Source: Cyanophora paradoxa CCMP329 (taxonomy: Eukaryota > Plantae > Glaucophyta). Taken from it: a DNA stretch of 64,000 nucleotides. Positions 9,069 through 19,900 of this stretch are shown piece by piece. The stretch's first letter is position 1, and every line of letters begins with the position of its first letter. A model generated the notes under the pieces. The model saw only the letters and a list, made by a program, of their open reading frames with translations. It was not told where the DNA came from and made no database searches. The stretch lies in contig QPMI01000100.1 in NCBI GenBank assembly GCA_004431415.1, forward strand, positions 248,001-312,000, read 5' to 3'. A program made the position numbers and the translations under genes.

Positions 9069-10454
9069 ATGCCAGCAACTGGAAGAATAGTTAGGAGAAC
9101 CACTGAGCAACTGCAAGGAAACCTACTGCCTATCACAGTTCCAAAGGAGGAAAAGGGGGAATCTCGAATTGTCAAAAAGTCTGAAATGAAAGAGCTTGTC
9201 CCAGTAGAGATCCCAGTTGCTATTGCAGTGAAAGAAACCAGCAAGATTGCCAAGAGATTCTATGATGTGAGAACAGGTTACAAAGGGCTTCAAGCTATGA
9301 GGGCTGAGTTACCAGATGAATCCTATAAGCAGTTGCAAGAGTTCTATAAGAAACAGGAAGTTGTTCAGATCAATGCACCTGCTATATCTAGAAAGAGAGA
9401 TCCCATGGTCCCAATAAGGCAACCCCTTGATACCTATGTGATTGATTTGCTCTTTTTCCCAGCTTATAAGAAACAAAACAATGGCTATGATACCTTTATG
9501 ACTGCTATGGAATCAACACTGAGAACTGGGTATATTATACCTATCAGAGATAAATCAGCTCTCACTACATTAGCTGCATTTAAACAGCTTGAGATGAGAG
9601 TAGCAAGACCCATAGTAAAAGTTCAATCAGATGCTGGAAGTGAGTTCCAAAATCGAATATTCCAGGAGTATCTATCTAGTAAATACATAGAACACCAAGT
9701 GAGTGGAACTGCAGACCACAGAAGCCAAGGTCGAATTGAAGCCTTTAACAAGCAGATTAAGAGACTGATCACAAACTACTGCATAGCCAATAACACAGCT
9801 AGATTCTTTGATGTGTTAGGTGATATTGAGTATAATTACAATAATACAGTTCACTCAGCTACTAAGATGAAGCCAGGTGAAACTACAGAGGAGCATTATA
9901 GGTATATAGTGGGATTAGAAGATGAAAGATTCAAGAAATCAATAGCTTATCTTGATACCATGCAGCCTGGCATGTTTGTTAGAGTGAAAGTAGAGAAGAA
10001 CCCCTTTGCTAAACAGGGTAACAATTGGTCTAGGATGGTTTACACTGTTGATAGTAGAGAAGGCTTTAAGTTTAAGCTAAGGAGTCCCACTGGAGAGATC
10101 ATAGATAACAGATTTGCATTCCATGAGCTGTTGCCTGTGAATGCAGTTGAGTATCTGGAAACACCCACAGTGGATGCCTTAGAGCAAGCTAAAGAGGAAG
10201 CTAGGGTTGATGCTTCTATAAGGAGAGAGGGCATAGAAGCTGCTAATGAAGTCCCAGATAAGCCTTTGATAGAGGCTAGAAAGGAGAAGGCTGGGAAAGT
10301 TAACAGGGAACTCAAAAAGCTCACTATAGCAGGCACACAGAAACTTTCAGAAGTGAATAGCCAGAGATGGTATAATGACTTTCAGACTACTAAGGAGTCA
10401 TATACAGCCCCTAAACCTCAAAGAACACTAAGAGAAAGAACCAAAACTAGCTAG
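9069..10454 (+). CDS. int: Retroviral-like (rve) DDE integrase
   Basis: IDL / SDAGSEF / GRIEAFNK triad; YNNTVHSATKMKP as in Maverick integrases. Confidence 0.92.
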   Translation: MPATGRIVRRTTEQLQGNLLPITVPKEEKGESRIVKKSEMKELVPVEIPVAIAVKETSKIAKRFYDVRTGYKGLQAMRAELPDESYKQLQEFYKKQEVVQINAPAISRKRDPMVPIRQPLDTYVIDLLFFPAYKKQNNGYDTFMTAMESTLRTGYIIPIRDKSALTTLAAFKQLEMRVARPIVKVQSDAGSEFQNRIFQEYLSSKYIEHQVSGTADHRSQGRIEAFNKQIKRLITNYCIANNTARFFDVLGDIEYNYNNTVHSATKMKPGETTEEHYRYIVGLEDERFKKSIAYLDTMQPGMFVRVKVEKNPFAKQGNNWSRMVYTVDSREGFKFKLRSPTGEIIDNRFAFHELLPVNAVEYLETPTVDALEQAKEEARVDASIRREGIEAANEVPDKPLIEARKEKAGKVNRELKKLTIAGTQKLSEVNSQRWYNDFQTTKESYTAPKPQRTLRERTKTS

Positions 10455-10769
10455 TTTGCTAGCCGAAAACTCGTTTTTTCCAAATATATGTATGACAGAT
10501 ATACATATATGCATATGATATACACATAGTCTTGTAGAGCATATCAAGCGCTTCACAGCGCTATGCAGAACGTTGCGTTTTGATGATCTGGTGATGAGAT
10601 ACAAGCGTTTAAAGATGCCGATAAAAATGTATATGTATATATATATATTACTATTTTTTCCAAACATTTTTTCTCGGTCAACCGGCAATACGGAGGTTTG
10701 TGTACATATAGTGTATATATGTCGGAGGTTTGTGTATATATGATGCATATATGACGTGACGTCCCGCAT

Positions 10770-11035
10770 GCATAACGCATGAGTCACGCATGCGTAACGC
10801 GTGCGTGACGCGTGCATAACGCGTGCGTAACGCGTGCATAACGCGTGCGTAACGCGTGCGTAACTTGTTACGGATAGATAATGGGTAACGCATGCGTAAC
10901 GCGTGCGTAACGCCTGCGTAACGCGTGCATAACGCGTGCGTAACGCGTGGATAACGCGTGCGTAACGCGTGCGTAACGCGTTACGGATAGATAATGGGTA
11001 ACGCATGCGTAACGCGTTACGGATAGATAATGGGT
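10770..11035. repeat. 11-bp tandem array (RTAACGCGTGC)n with interspersed GTTACGGATAGATAATGG units
   Basis: Directly visible; rich in ACGCGT. Confidence 0.95.
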
Positions 11036-11254
11036 AAAATTTGGGTTCCGGAACCCAAAAATCCTAGAAAATCATACAAACTGCTGTTTCTATTCACCAA
11101 CTCATCAGCTATTAAAACCGCGACCATCGCCGGAATCCTCTTTGCATGCTCTATACATCAATGCTACTTTCGCGAACCGGATCTTAGATTTACCTGGACA
11201 CTGCATTTACTAGGCATCTCCCCTTGATTCCCCCTATTATATAATATTTATATT

Positions 11255-11700
11255 AAAGTGGACTCAAGGTTGACTCATATTAATCGTAAAAGTAGTAAAA
11301 GTATATGGAATTTGTTACGAATTCAATGCAAGGGTTGACTAAGTGGGTTGAGTTGACTGAAATTTCACAGGAAATATTTGGGACCAAAAGTTTTCTAAAA
11401 AGGATTTCAAAAAATGTGTCAACTCCCCCCACTTAGTCAACCCTGACCATAAACAGTAAGGATTATAGCAAACATGTATCACAAAGTGAACATTTTGAGT
11501 CCACTTAGAAGATCCACTTTTGAAATCAAAGTTGATTTTGCTTGAAATTTCAAAGTTGATCTAAAAGTGAGTCCACCCTGATTGATTATGGTAACAAAGT
11601 TGACTAAGTTGACTAAGTTGAGTCATCTTAAGAAATTCAAGGAGACTAAGAGTTCAAAATGTTTATGAAAAGTGAGTCAACTTAGACCACTTATGGTAAC
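11255..11700. repeat. Terminal-region copies of the element A iteron module
   Basis: Homologous to 4623-4804; 11418-11441 is the exact reverse complement of 4701-4724; more gttgact/gagtc units continue to about 11700. Confidence 0.8.
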
Positions 11701-11969
11701 AAAGTTAAATATTTAATTGATTTAATCGGAAAAGAACATGATTTAATCGAATTTATTGATATAATTCCGATTAAATTCATTTAGGATTCAATTAAGATCA
11801 ATCGAAGTTATTGATATAATTCCGATTAACTCTAATTAAGATACAATATCGATTAATCGAGTTTATCGATATAACATCGATTAAATTAATTGAAAATGCA
11901 TATAAAAATATGAAAATTCATGTGAAAATTCAAATACATTAATCGATTTTATTGATATAACATCGAATC

Positions 11970-12042
11970 ACACATATGAATATTCATATTTTAATCCTGA
12001 GGCGGAACGCCGAGGGATTAAAATATGAATATTCATATGTGT
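11970..12042 (+). repeat. Terminal hairpin of element A (28-bp perfect arms, 17-nt structured cap)
   Basis: acacatatgaatattcatattttaatcc - tgaggcggaacgccgag - ggattaaaatatgaatattcatatgtgt. Confidence 0.95.
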
Positions 12043-12128
12043 ATCAGAAGATGCAAATTCAGTGCATTGCCCTCGCTCATAATATCATGATAATCGGAGC
12101 TGATGGTATTCGCAGAGTATCTTCATGA
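12043..12128 (+). pseudogene. 3' remnant of the element B major capsid gene, cut by insertion of A
   Basis: QKMQIQCIALAHNIMIIGADGIRRVSS* aligns ungapped to the C MCP end RTITVNVRALMHSFIIVDKDGIRRINL*, and is followed by the ATPase as in C. Confidence 0.8.
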
Positions 12129-12186
12129 GGAATTCGTGCGATTACCACAGTCAGTCTTATTTTTCTATTGTTTTTATAGTGAAAGA

Positions 12187-12731
12187 ATGCAAAAAGGGAC
12201 GACGCCCATGGATCTCGAAGAATGGAACCCGAAACAGAGGGTGAAACTTCCCGCACGATTTCTCCTATTGGCGAAAACCAATTGTGGTAAATCGGTATTC
12301 TTAAAGTGGCTGATCAAAGAACTCGAAGATCAGATCTCATACGTTCTGGTCTTTTGTCCAACGAGTTTCAACGGTTTCTGGGACAAATTACAGACGAAGT
12401 GCATGACACCTGGAAGCCGGAATATGTGGAGTCGATCATAGAAGCCCGCAAGAAGGCTATCATTGCGGGTAAGAAACCAAAGAATATTCTCATTGTGCTC
12501 GACGATTGTTTGGAGTCCGGAACTATCGATCTTTCGCGCGATCATTTGCTAAATAAATTGATGGCGCAAGGTCGTCATACGTTTTGTTCCGTGGCTTTAA
12601 TATCGCAGAAACTAACAAAGCTTTCAACGATCATTCGCAGCAATGCGGAGTATATCATATTCCTAAGCTGGTCAAACATGCGAGAGTTTGAAGCATATCA
12701 CGAAGAGTTCGGGAACATGGATAAAGAGAGT
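12187..12731 (+). pseudogene. Frameshifted, truncated duplicate of the element B ATPase
   Basis: Part of duplication copy 1; 1-nt deletion near 12380; truncated at 12731. Confidence 0.85.
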
Positions 12732-13794
12732 GTAACGCCTGCGTAACGCGTGCATAACGCGTGCGTAACGCGTGGATAACGCGTGCGTAACGCGTGCGTA
12801 ACGCGTTACGGATAGATAATGGGTAACGCATGCGTAACGCGTTACGGATAGATAATGGGTAAAATTTGGGTTCCGGAACCCAAAAATCCTAGAAAATCAT
12901 ACAAACTGCTGTTTCTATTCACCAACTCATCAGCTATTAAAACCGCGACCATCGCCGGAATCCTCTTTGCATGCTCTATACATCAATGCTACTTTCGCGA
13001 ACCGGATCTTAGATTTACCTGGACACTGCATTTACTAGGCATCTCCCCTTGATTCCCCCTATTATATAATATTTATATTAAAGTGGACTCAAGGTTGACT
13101 CATATTAATCGTAAAAGTAGTAAAAGTATATGGAATTTGTTACGAATTCAATGCAAGGGTTGACTAAGTGGGTTGAGTTGACTGAAATTTCACAGGAAAT
13201 ATTTGGGACCAAAAGTTTTCTAAAAAGGATTTCAAAAAATGTGTCAACTCCCCCCACTTAGTCAACCCTGACCATAAACAGTAAGGATTATAGCAAACAT
13301 GTATCACAAAGTGAACATTTTGAGTCCACTTAGAAGATCCACTTTTGAAATCAAAGTTGATTTTGCTTGAAATTTCAAAGTTGATCTAAAAGTGAGTCCA
13401 CCCTGATTGATTATGGTAACAAAGTTGACTAAGTTGACTAAGTTGAGTCATCTTAAGAAATTCAAGGAGACTAAGAGTTCAAAATGTTTATGAAAAGTGA
13501 GTCAACTTAGACCACTTATGGTAACAAAGTTAAATATTTAATTGATTTAATCGGAAAAGAACATGATTTAATCGAATTTATTGATATAATTCCGATTAAA
13601 TTCATTTAGGATTCAATTAAGATCAATCGAAGTTATTGATATAATTCCGATTAACTCTAATTAAGATACAATATCGATTAATCGAGTTTATCGATATAAC
13701 ATCGATTAAATTAATTGAAAATGCATATAAAAATATGAAAATTCATGTGAAAATTCAAATACATTAATCGATTTTATTGATATAACATCGAATC

Positions 13795-13867
13795 ACACAT
13801 ATGAATATTCATATTTTAATCCTGAGGCGGAACGCCGAGGGATTAAAATATGAATATTCATATGTGT
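13795..13867 (+). repeat. Second copy of the element A terminal hairpin (within the duplication)
   Basis: Identical to 11970-12042. Confidence 0.95.
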
Positions 13868-14011
13868 ATCAGAAGATGCAAATTCAGTGCATTGCCCTCG
13901 CTCATAATATCATGATAATCGGAGCTGATGGTATTCGCAGAGTATCTTCATGAGGAATTCGTGCGATTACCACAGTCAGTCTTATTTTTCTATTGTTTTT
14001 ATAGTGAAAGA

Positions 14012-14878
14012 ATGCAAAAAGGGACGACGCCCATGGATCTCGAAGAATGGAACCCGAAACAGAGGGTGAAACTTCCCGCACGATTTCTCCTATTGGCGAA
14101 AACCAATTGTGGTAAATCGGTATTCTTAAAGTGGCTGATCAAAGAACTCGAAGATCAGATCTCATACGTTCTGGTCTTTTGTCCAACGAGTTTCAACGGT
14201 TTCTGGGGACAAATTACAGACGAAGTGCATGACACCTGGAAGCCGGAATATGTGGAGTCGATCATAGAAGCCCGCAAGAAGGCTATCATTGCGGGTAAGA
14301 AACCAAAGAATATTCTCATTGTGCTCGACGATTGTTTGGAGTCCGGAACTATCGATCTTTCGCGCGATCATTTGCTAAATAAATTGATGGCGCAAGGTCG
14401 TCATACGTTTTGTTCCGTGGCTTTAATATCGCAGAAACTAACAAAGCTTTCAACGATCATTCGCAGCAATGCGGAGTATATCATATTCCTAAGCTGGTCA
14501 AACATGCGAGAGTTTGAAGCATATCACGAAGAGTTCGGGAACATGGATAAAGAGAGTTTTAAGCGCATGTTCCAAGAATTCTGTCATAGCTACCAAGCGA
14601 TCATTCACGATAATACCGGGTATTCTGTGCGATGGTGGGTCGAAAAAGCCGATATGATCGATGACCATCCGTTTACTAAGTTCCACAAGCGGGCGGCTTT
14701 TGAAGAAAAGAAGCGAAAACAGCAAGAGGAGCAAGCGACAAAACCGCCGCCTGTCAAAGATTCGACAACTGTATGCAAAACTTTATCCAAATTTGAGCGT
14801 GAGCTTGAAGGTATCCCCAAACTTTCGCAAATTTCGCCTAAGAAAAAGAAAATGTTAATCAAATGTAAGAGAAGATAA
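14012..14878 (+). CDS. A32/FtsK-like genome packaging ATPase
   Basis: Walker A AKTNCGKS, Walker B IVLDD, QGRH...ISQ; the start at 14012 is preferred because the upstream ATG overlaps the MCP remnant. Confidence 0.9.
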   Translation: MQKGTTPMDLEEWNPKQRVKLPARFLLLAKTNCGKSVFLKWLIKELEDQISYVLVFCPTSFNGFWGQITDEVHDTWKPEYVESIIEARKKAIIAGKKPKNILIVLDDCLESGTIDLSRDHLLNKLMAQGRHTFCSVALISQKLTKLSTIIRSNAEYIIFLSWSNMREFEAYHEEFGNMDKESFKRMFQEFCHSYQAIIHDNTGYSVRWWVEKADMIDDHPFTKFHKRAAFEEKKRKQQEEQATKPPPVKDSTTVCKTLSKFERELEGIPKLSQISPKKKKMLIKCKRR

Positions 14879-14880
14879 TC

Positions 14881-15564
14881 ATGGTCTACCGAAAGAAGCC
14901 TCAAACCATTCAAACGGTCGCTTCTGGTAATCCTAATCGCGGACTTGAAGAGTCTGGATTAACGTCGGGCGGCGGTCTCGAAATGCCCGAATATCTTATA
15001 GACACTTCGCCAGAGGAGGTCGCCAAGCAAGAGGCGATTATTGCGAGTGCCACCGCGGACAAGGGCAACCAAGATAGCGGTAAACGCCAAATGGACGATT
15101 TAGCTACTGTAAAACCACAGATTGGAGGCGGCTCTGTTGATGAAGCAACCGACAAAGTAATTAAAGCGCAAGTTGTCGCAAGCCAGCACAAAACGCAAGA
15201 CGTCCCGAAAGCCGCCGAAACCGAGCTTAAAAAGCGCGGATCCTATCAAAAACACACGGTTCCTGTCGACGTTGTCATGAGCTTTGAAGAGAAAGTGCGA
15301 GACCTTGAAATGAAAGTATCAAACTACGAGAAATGGATGCAAGATTATAACGAACGCAAGAAATTAAAGGGGCTCGTGAAGAAAGAGATCTCCAAACTCG
15401 GATTAAAGCAAAAAGTCGACGTAGAGGAGATTAAAAAGGAGGAAAAAACAGATGCACAAGCCGTAACTCGTCAGCAATCGGTTGCCCCGCAATATGCACA
15501 TATAGTGCCGACAGCACCAGCGAATTTCGCGGCAATGCTCGGTGGTAAACGCCATATCCGCTAA
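14881..15564 (+). CDS. Hypothetical protein, positional homolog of 62-796
   Basis: Same position; ERKKLKGLVKKEISKLGL vs ERAKLKEMLRKEVYKMGI. Confidence 0.75.
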   Translation: MVYRKKPQTIQTVASGNPNRGLEESGLTSGGGLEMPEYLIDTSPEEVAKQEAIIASATADKGNQDSGKRQMDDLATVKPQIGGGSVDEATDKVIKAQVVASQHKTQDVPKAAETELKKRGSYQKHTVPVDVVMSFEEKVRDLEMKVSNYEKWMQDYNERKKLKGLVKKEISKLGLKQKVDVEEIKKEEKTDAQAVTRQQSVAPQYAHIVPTAPANFAAMLGGKRHIR

Positions 15565-15768
15565 TGACTGTGAATATCCGCAAGGCAAAGCTGAACCCGC
15601 CCGTATTTAGAGCGTGTCTTTATGTGGACTCCCTTGCAAAAGGGACAGGTCGGCTCCATAAACAGCATTATAAGGTCGACTAATTCGTATGGGAACACAC
15701 GAGCAAGCAATAGCCTCATTCCCTTTTATTTTCTCCGATATTTAATACGTTGCCCATTTGTAGGGTCG

Positions 15769-16206
15769 ATGAATTTCATCACACAATGCATTGAGATGTT
15801 TCAGCTTCATGTCGTGTCTAATTGCCACAGTCCATGCTGTGACACAACCGTAGAAATCGAAATATCAGATGGCGACGACAATGGAGGTAGGCGCCTTTCT
15901 GTATATTCTAACCACAGCGACAATCACAACCACCCACGATCTCGATCGCCTTCGCCTGTGCCCGCGGCTATGAGTTCTAATATCGAAACCGCTCAGATAG
16001 AGGACGTGCATGTAGAGCATATTAGAAGGCGCTCATGTCCTGAATTTGTGGAAGGGCATTTTCGCGCTGATTCACCTTATCCGATGTATAGATTGGATCA
16101 AATGGCATTAGGCGACGATGAAAATGTAACGAACCCTTATGTTTATCCTCAGCAACCTTATGTATATCCTCAGCAACAAGAACGAACCGTCTGGAATGGT
16201 TATTGA
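15769..16206 (+). CDS. Small Cys-rich protein (CHxxCC)
   Basis: MNFITQCIEMFQLHVVSNCHSPCC; start inferred from homologs. Confidence 0.75.
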   Translation: MNFITQCIEMFQLHVVSNCHSPCCDTTVEIEISDGDDNGGRRLSVYSNHSDNHNHPRSRSPSPVPAAMSSNIETAQIEDVHVEHIRRRSCPEFVEGHFRADSPYPMYRLDQMALGDDENVTNPYVYPQQPYVYPQQQERTVWNGY

Positions 16207-16330
16207 GCGGTGAATTTCGGTGGCGCTTTTATCGATCCGAGGGCAAAAAATGAAGGTTTCGGTAAAAGGTATATAAGGGCAAGGGAAATAATACAGAGTG
16301 ACAAAAAACTATTTTCTCCGGTTAAAGTAA

Positions 16331-16744
16331 ATGGCGAAACCCAAGATTTCAAACCAAGAGGCGATGGCGGCACAGCAGGAAAAGCGCAGACCCGGGCGAC
16401 CGAAAAAGGTGATTTCAGAAGAGGAGAAGGCGGAGAGATTAAGACTAAAACGCGAAAAAGACGCCGAGCGGCAGCGAAACAAGCATCAGAGACAAAAGCA
16501 GGAGCGATTAGCCGCCGGAGAGGCTACGATATTCACCCCGGAGCAGCTACAAAAGATTGCAATTCGTAAACAGCAGCGATACCAAGACGATGAAGAGTAT
16601 CGGGAGAAAATCCGAGAGAAGGCAAGGGAATACCAACGCAGAAAGAGAGCGGAACGCAAGCTGAACCCACCCGCTAAACCTCAGCCGCAAAAGCCCGCTG
16701 GAAGACCCCGAAAGCATGTGGTCGAGAACGCGAAAACTTCGTAG
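16331..16744 (+). CDS. Basic protein with two AT-hook-like motifs (type 2)
   Basis: RRPGRPKK and AGRPRKH; homolog of 1474-1800. Confidence 0.8.
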   Translation: MAKPKISNQEAMAAQQEKRRPGRPKKVISEEEKAERLRLKREKDAERQRNKHQRQKQERLAAGEATIFTPEQLQKIAIRKQQRYQDDEEYREKIREKAREYQRRKRAERKLNPPAKPQPQKPAGRPRKHVVENAKTS

Positions 16745-16913
16745 CGGAAAGTATCCGCACGATGCAAAAAATGATTAATTTTTTACCTCCCTTTTTATTC
16801 CCCGTATCGGTCAAAAAAGCACTTAAAGAATTGGCGACAAGGGTATGAAAAGGAGAATTTGGTAGATTGCGCCGAAATTATTTTCTCCGGTTATTTTAAA
16901 AGAACTAATAGAG

Positions 16914-19900
16914 ATGCCGCGCGCAACCAACAGAATCGCTAACAATGTTCGGGATGAAATTATCGGATACATTATGCAGGGATTGAGTCAGGATTTGCTA
17001 ACCGAAGAACAGGCGCATTGGGCGATGCACAACACAATGAATCGGAAGCCCAAGCTCCAAACGCTGATAGATATTCGGGATACTCTGAATGGAATCATTA
17101 ATCCCCGCGTTTTCCGCAGGGCAGAGCGGAAAGAGAAGCGCGCCGCTCGCACCCAAGTAAATATAGAAAAGCAAAAGCAAAAAGAACAAGAGGCTAAGCG
17201 TTTACAGCGTTTCGATCGCAAGCAAGAAAAGAAGCGGGCGAAAGAAGCGAAGCTTGAAGCGAAGCAACAGAAAGGCAAACTAAAAGCGGTAGAGGATGCG
17301 ATTAAACGCACTATTCTCGATCCAATCGCCCAATATGATCCGGAAACTCTCGCGACAGTTACGTTCAAGATGTGGGCACCTGGATCCGGTGCTCGGTCTT
17401 CGGAGGTAATTGTTATTCCCGGAATTCCCGAATTAAATATACCAGACAGTTCCTTTGTCACCTACCGCAATATAAGAGAGACAGTTTCGGTGAGTGTGTT
17501 GCGAAGCTTTGCTCTGGCGAAAATGGATAGAATGTCTCAAATTCTAATTAGACCGGGTCAAGTTCGTCATGATTGGCATGAGAGCGAATCAATCTTCTAT
17601 TTACTCAAAAACTACGATGAATTGGCAGTAGGACTTAAAACTTTCGGCGAAGCATACGAGGTGTTCTTCTTGAAGACACCACCAACCGAGGAACAGAAAA
17701 GACTACGCCTAATGTTTGATGATTTTGGCGGCAGTATCGATGATGCCTTTATAACTGTTCATGAGGTCGCGATCGATGGGGACGAAGGTGTCGAGGACGA
17801 TGGAGCCGGTGCTATCCCTGGCAATCGCTATGAGTTCCTGGATGAGGAGCTAATGGACAGTATGCGATGCACCGCGATTATGAGCAAATTCACAGACTAC
17901 ACATTAAATCCAAACGCGTCTGAGTTCGAAGATGTTATTGAGCTCCCCAAATCATCGACATCTAACGCTTGCGGCTACGATATGATCATCTCCACATGGG
18001 GAGCGTCCATTAAGAAGTGTCAGGAGGCGCCAAAACCGCGATATACTGACTTAACTATGTCGTACGACGGTCTCTATAAATTCTTTCACGGTCGTGAACG
18101 CACACCTGGCGACTCTCTGGCTCTCACGCTCCGCCACATCGAGAAATTCTGTAAGAGAATCCAGACAGGCTTCCGCGTCTTTGATGTCGACGGAAAGTTA
18201 ATATACAAATTCGCGGCAGAATCGATTAACAAAAACATCAATCCCCGTAATATTCACTTTATGATTCACAACAAGCATATCTATATATTCAACGATAACA
18301 TCAAGTCGCTCGAAATGCGCATGGCAAAGATGGAGGTCGAAGAGCTCGATAATCATGTTCCTAAGTCGAACTCTTCGTTAGCACTCTATAAAATTCCGAC
18401 GTGTCTTACTCACGATATCTTCGCGCACACATCCAAGGATCTGTTAAAGATCACGCAACTTAAACTATCGCCCGACGAGCGCAGTTTCATCCGCATTCTT
18501 TATACTGGGCGCGAAGGTCTGGAAGGTCTTCTATTTACGTTCCTGAAAATGCGATATGAACCCGCTGTGAAGCTAACACCATCGAAACAGATCGACAGCA
18601 TCACATTCAAAGCTAATGGCTCGATGTTCTCTATCAAAGATCCACGCACAACAGACCACTTTATTGAGCAAGATTTCGAAACAGAGGAGTATTATAATAA
18701 GGTCTGTGAAATCGGGAAGGGATTCCGCGAGTCGCTTCTAAATGCGACGAATATCTCACATTACAGCCCGAACATGCGCGAAATTCTCACGCACTACAAG
18801 CGATCCGCACTCAGCGGCTATTTCTATAAGCCAAACCCGAAAGCTACCTACACAGCTGTCGATATGGCGAAGTGCTACCCTTCGATACTGAAAGGCATGC
18901 AATATCTTCCGAAGTACAATGTATTCGATGACTTCGTTCCCTTTAAAGCGGGAAGCGACATTCTCGAATACGCGATCTACTACGTGCGTGTCGTTGCGTT
19001 TGAGAGAGAGCAAGCGACTTTCGCCGACGATGAGGATGTAGATTATGATGCCGCCATGTCTCGCAAGATTGATGGAATCGAAATTATTCTGGATCGCGCA
19101 TTTTCCGTGAGTGGTCGCTGTTATAATTTCATGACAGGCTACACTCTCTCCATGCATTGGGCGGACGTAAAGGACAAGATAGAGATTATCGCGGTCGCGG
19201 AGCCTTCGCATTTGGTGCCCAATACGTCGATCGCTGAGATGCAAAAAGTGCTGTCAAGCGACATTCAAACCACAGATAAGAAGCATATTTTAGTGAAAGA
19301 GATCGGAATGCTCGGCAAATTCCAAGACTCGCAAACATCCACGAAAATGTTCTACAACCGTGCCGAGGCTGAGAGGTTCGCCCAAGAATGCGGAGGAACA
19401 GTAGAGGTGTTTACTTTCAATCCTAAGAATTCGAAACGTGTCAAAACTCTTAGCGAATTCGAAGGTCACATCTATTTCGTTAAGATCAGCTCCCACCGCG
19501 AGCTCGTTAACGGATTCCTTCCTATCCACTTTCATATTTACGATCGCAACCGTGCTAATATGTTTGCGCAATACAAGCGCCTGACAGCGCGCGGGCACAA
19601 GGTTGCCGGGATCAGAACGGATTGCCTATATATCGAAGGTTCATGGACAAGTAAGAAAGAGTTCGACCGAAATGCGTTTGAGAACATGGGCAAATTCAGC
19701 TATATTCCCGGGAAAAGATGCCCTGAGAATGCACTCCGCCCACCACGGGGTGTAACTCTCGAATTTCAGGATCCCGACACACTCATTAACCGGTTCTCGC
19801 TGAGAGACGAATTTAATCCTGAGTGCTTTAATTGGGTTGCGGAGCTCCATAATCGTATGCTTGTCCTTGCTGACATGCCCGGAAGTGGAAAGTCGACACT

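Larger units (their letters stand above)
1..12042 (+). mobile_element. Polinton-like virus / Maverick element A (right part; left end lies outside the window)
   Basis: Colinear ATPase end, primase-helicase, pPolB and rve integrase, then a repeat-rich terminal region ending in a 73-bp hairpin. The sequence after TGTGT(12042) is the interrupted capsid gene of another element. Confidence 0.9.
10907..14557. repeat. 1825/1826-bp direct tandem duplication spanning the A/B junction (10907-12731 and 12732-14557)
   Basis: Identical ORFs offset by 1825 bp; the only difference noticed is one G in a homopolymer (ctgggac vs ctggggac). Confidence 0.95.

Noticed and set aside
10428-11006. 192-aa and overlapping minus-strand ORFs
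   Set aside because: Translation of the 11-bp tandem array; no protein-like content.
11030-11227. 65-aa ORF (and its duplicate at 12855)
   Set aside because: It starts within the repeat array, has no homolog in B or C, and recurs only because of the duplication.
11970-12042. Hairpin as a rho-independent terminator or tRNA/ncRNA
   Set aside because: No upstream gene or U-tract and no cloverleaf; its position exactly at two independent insertion junctions indicates an element terminus.
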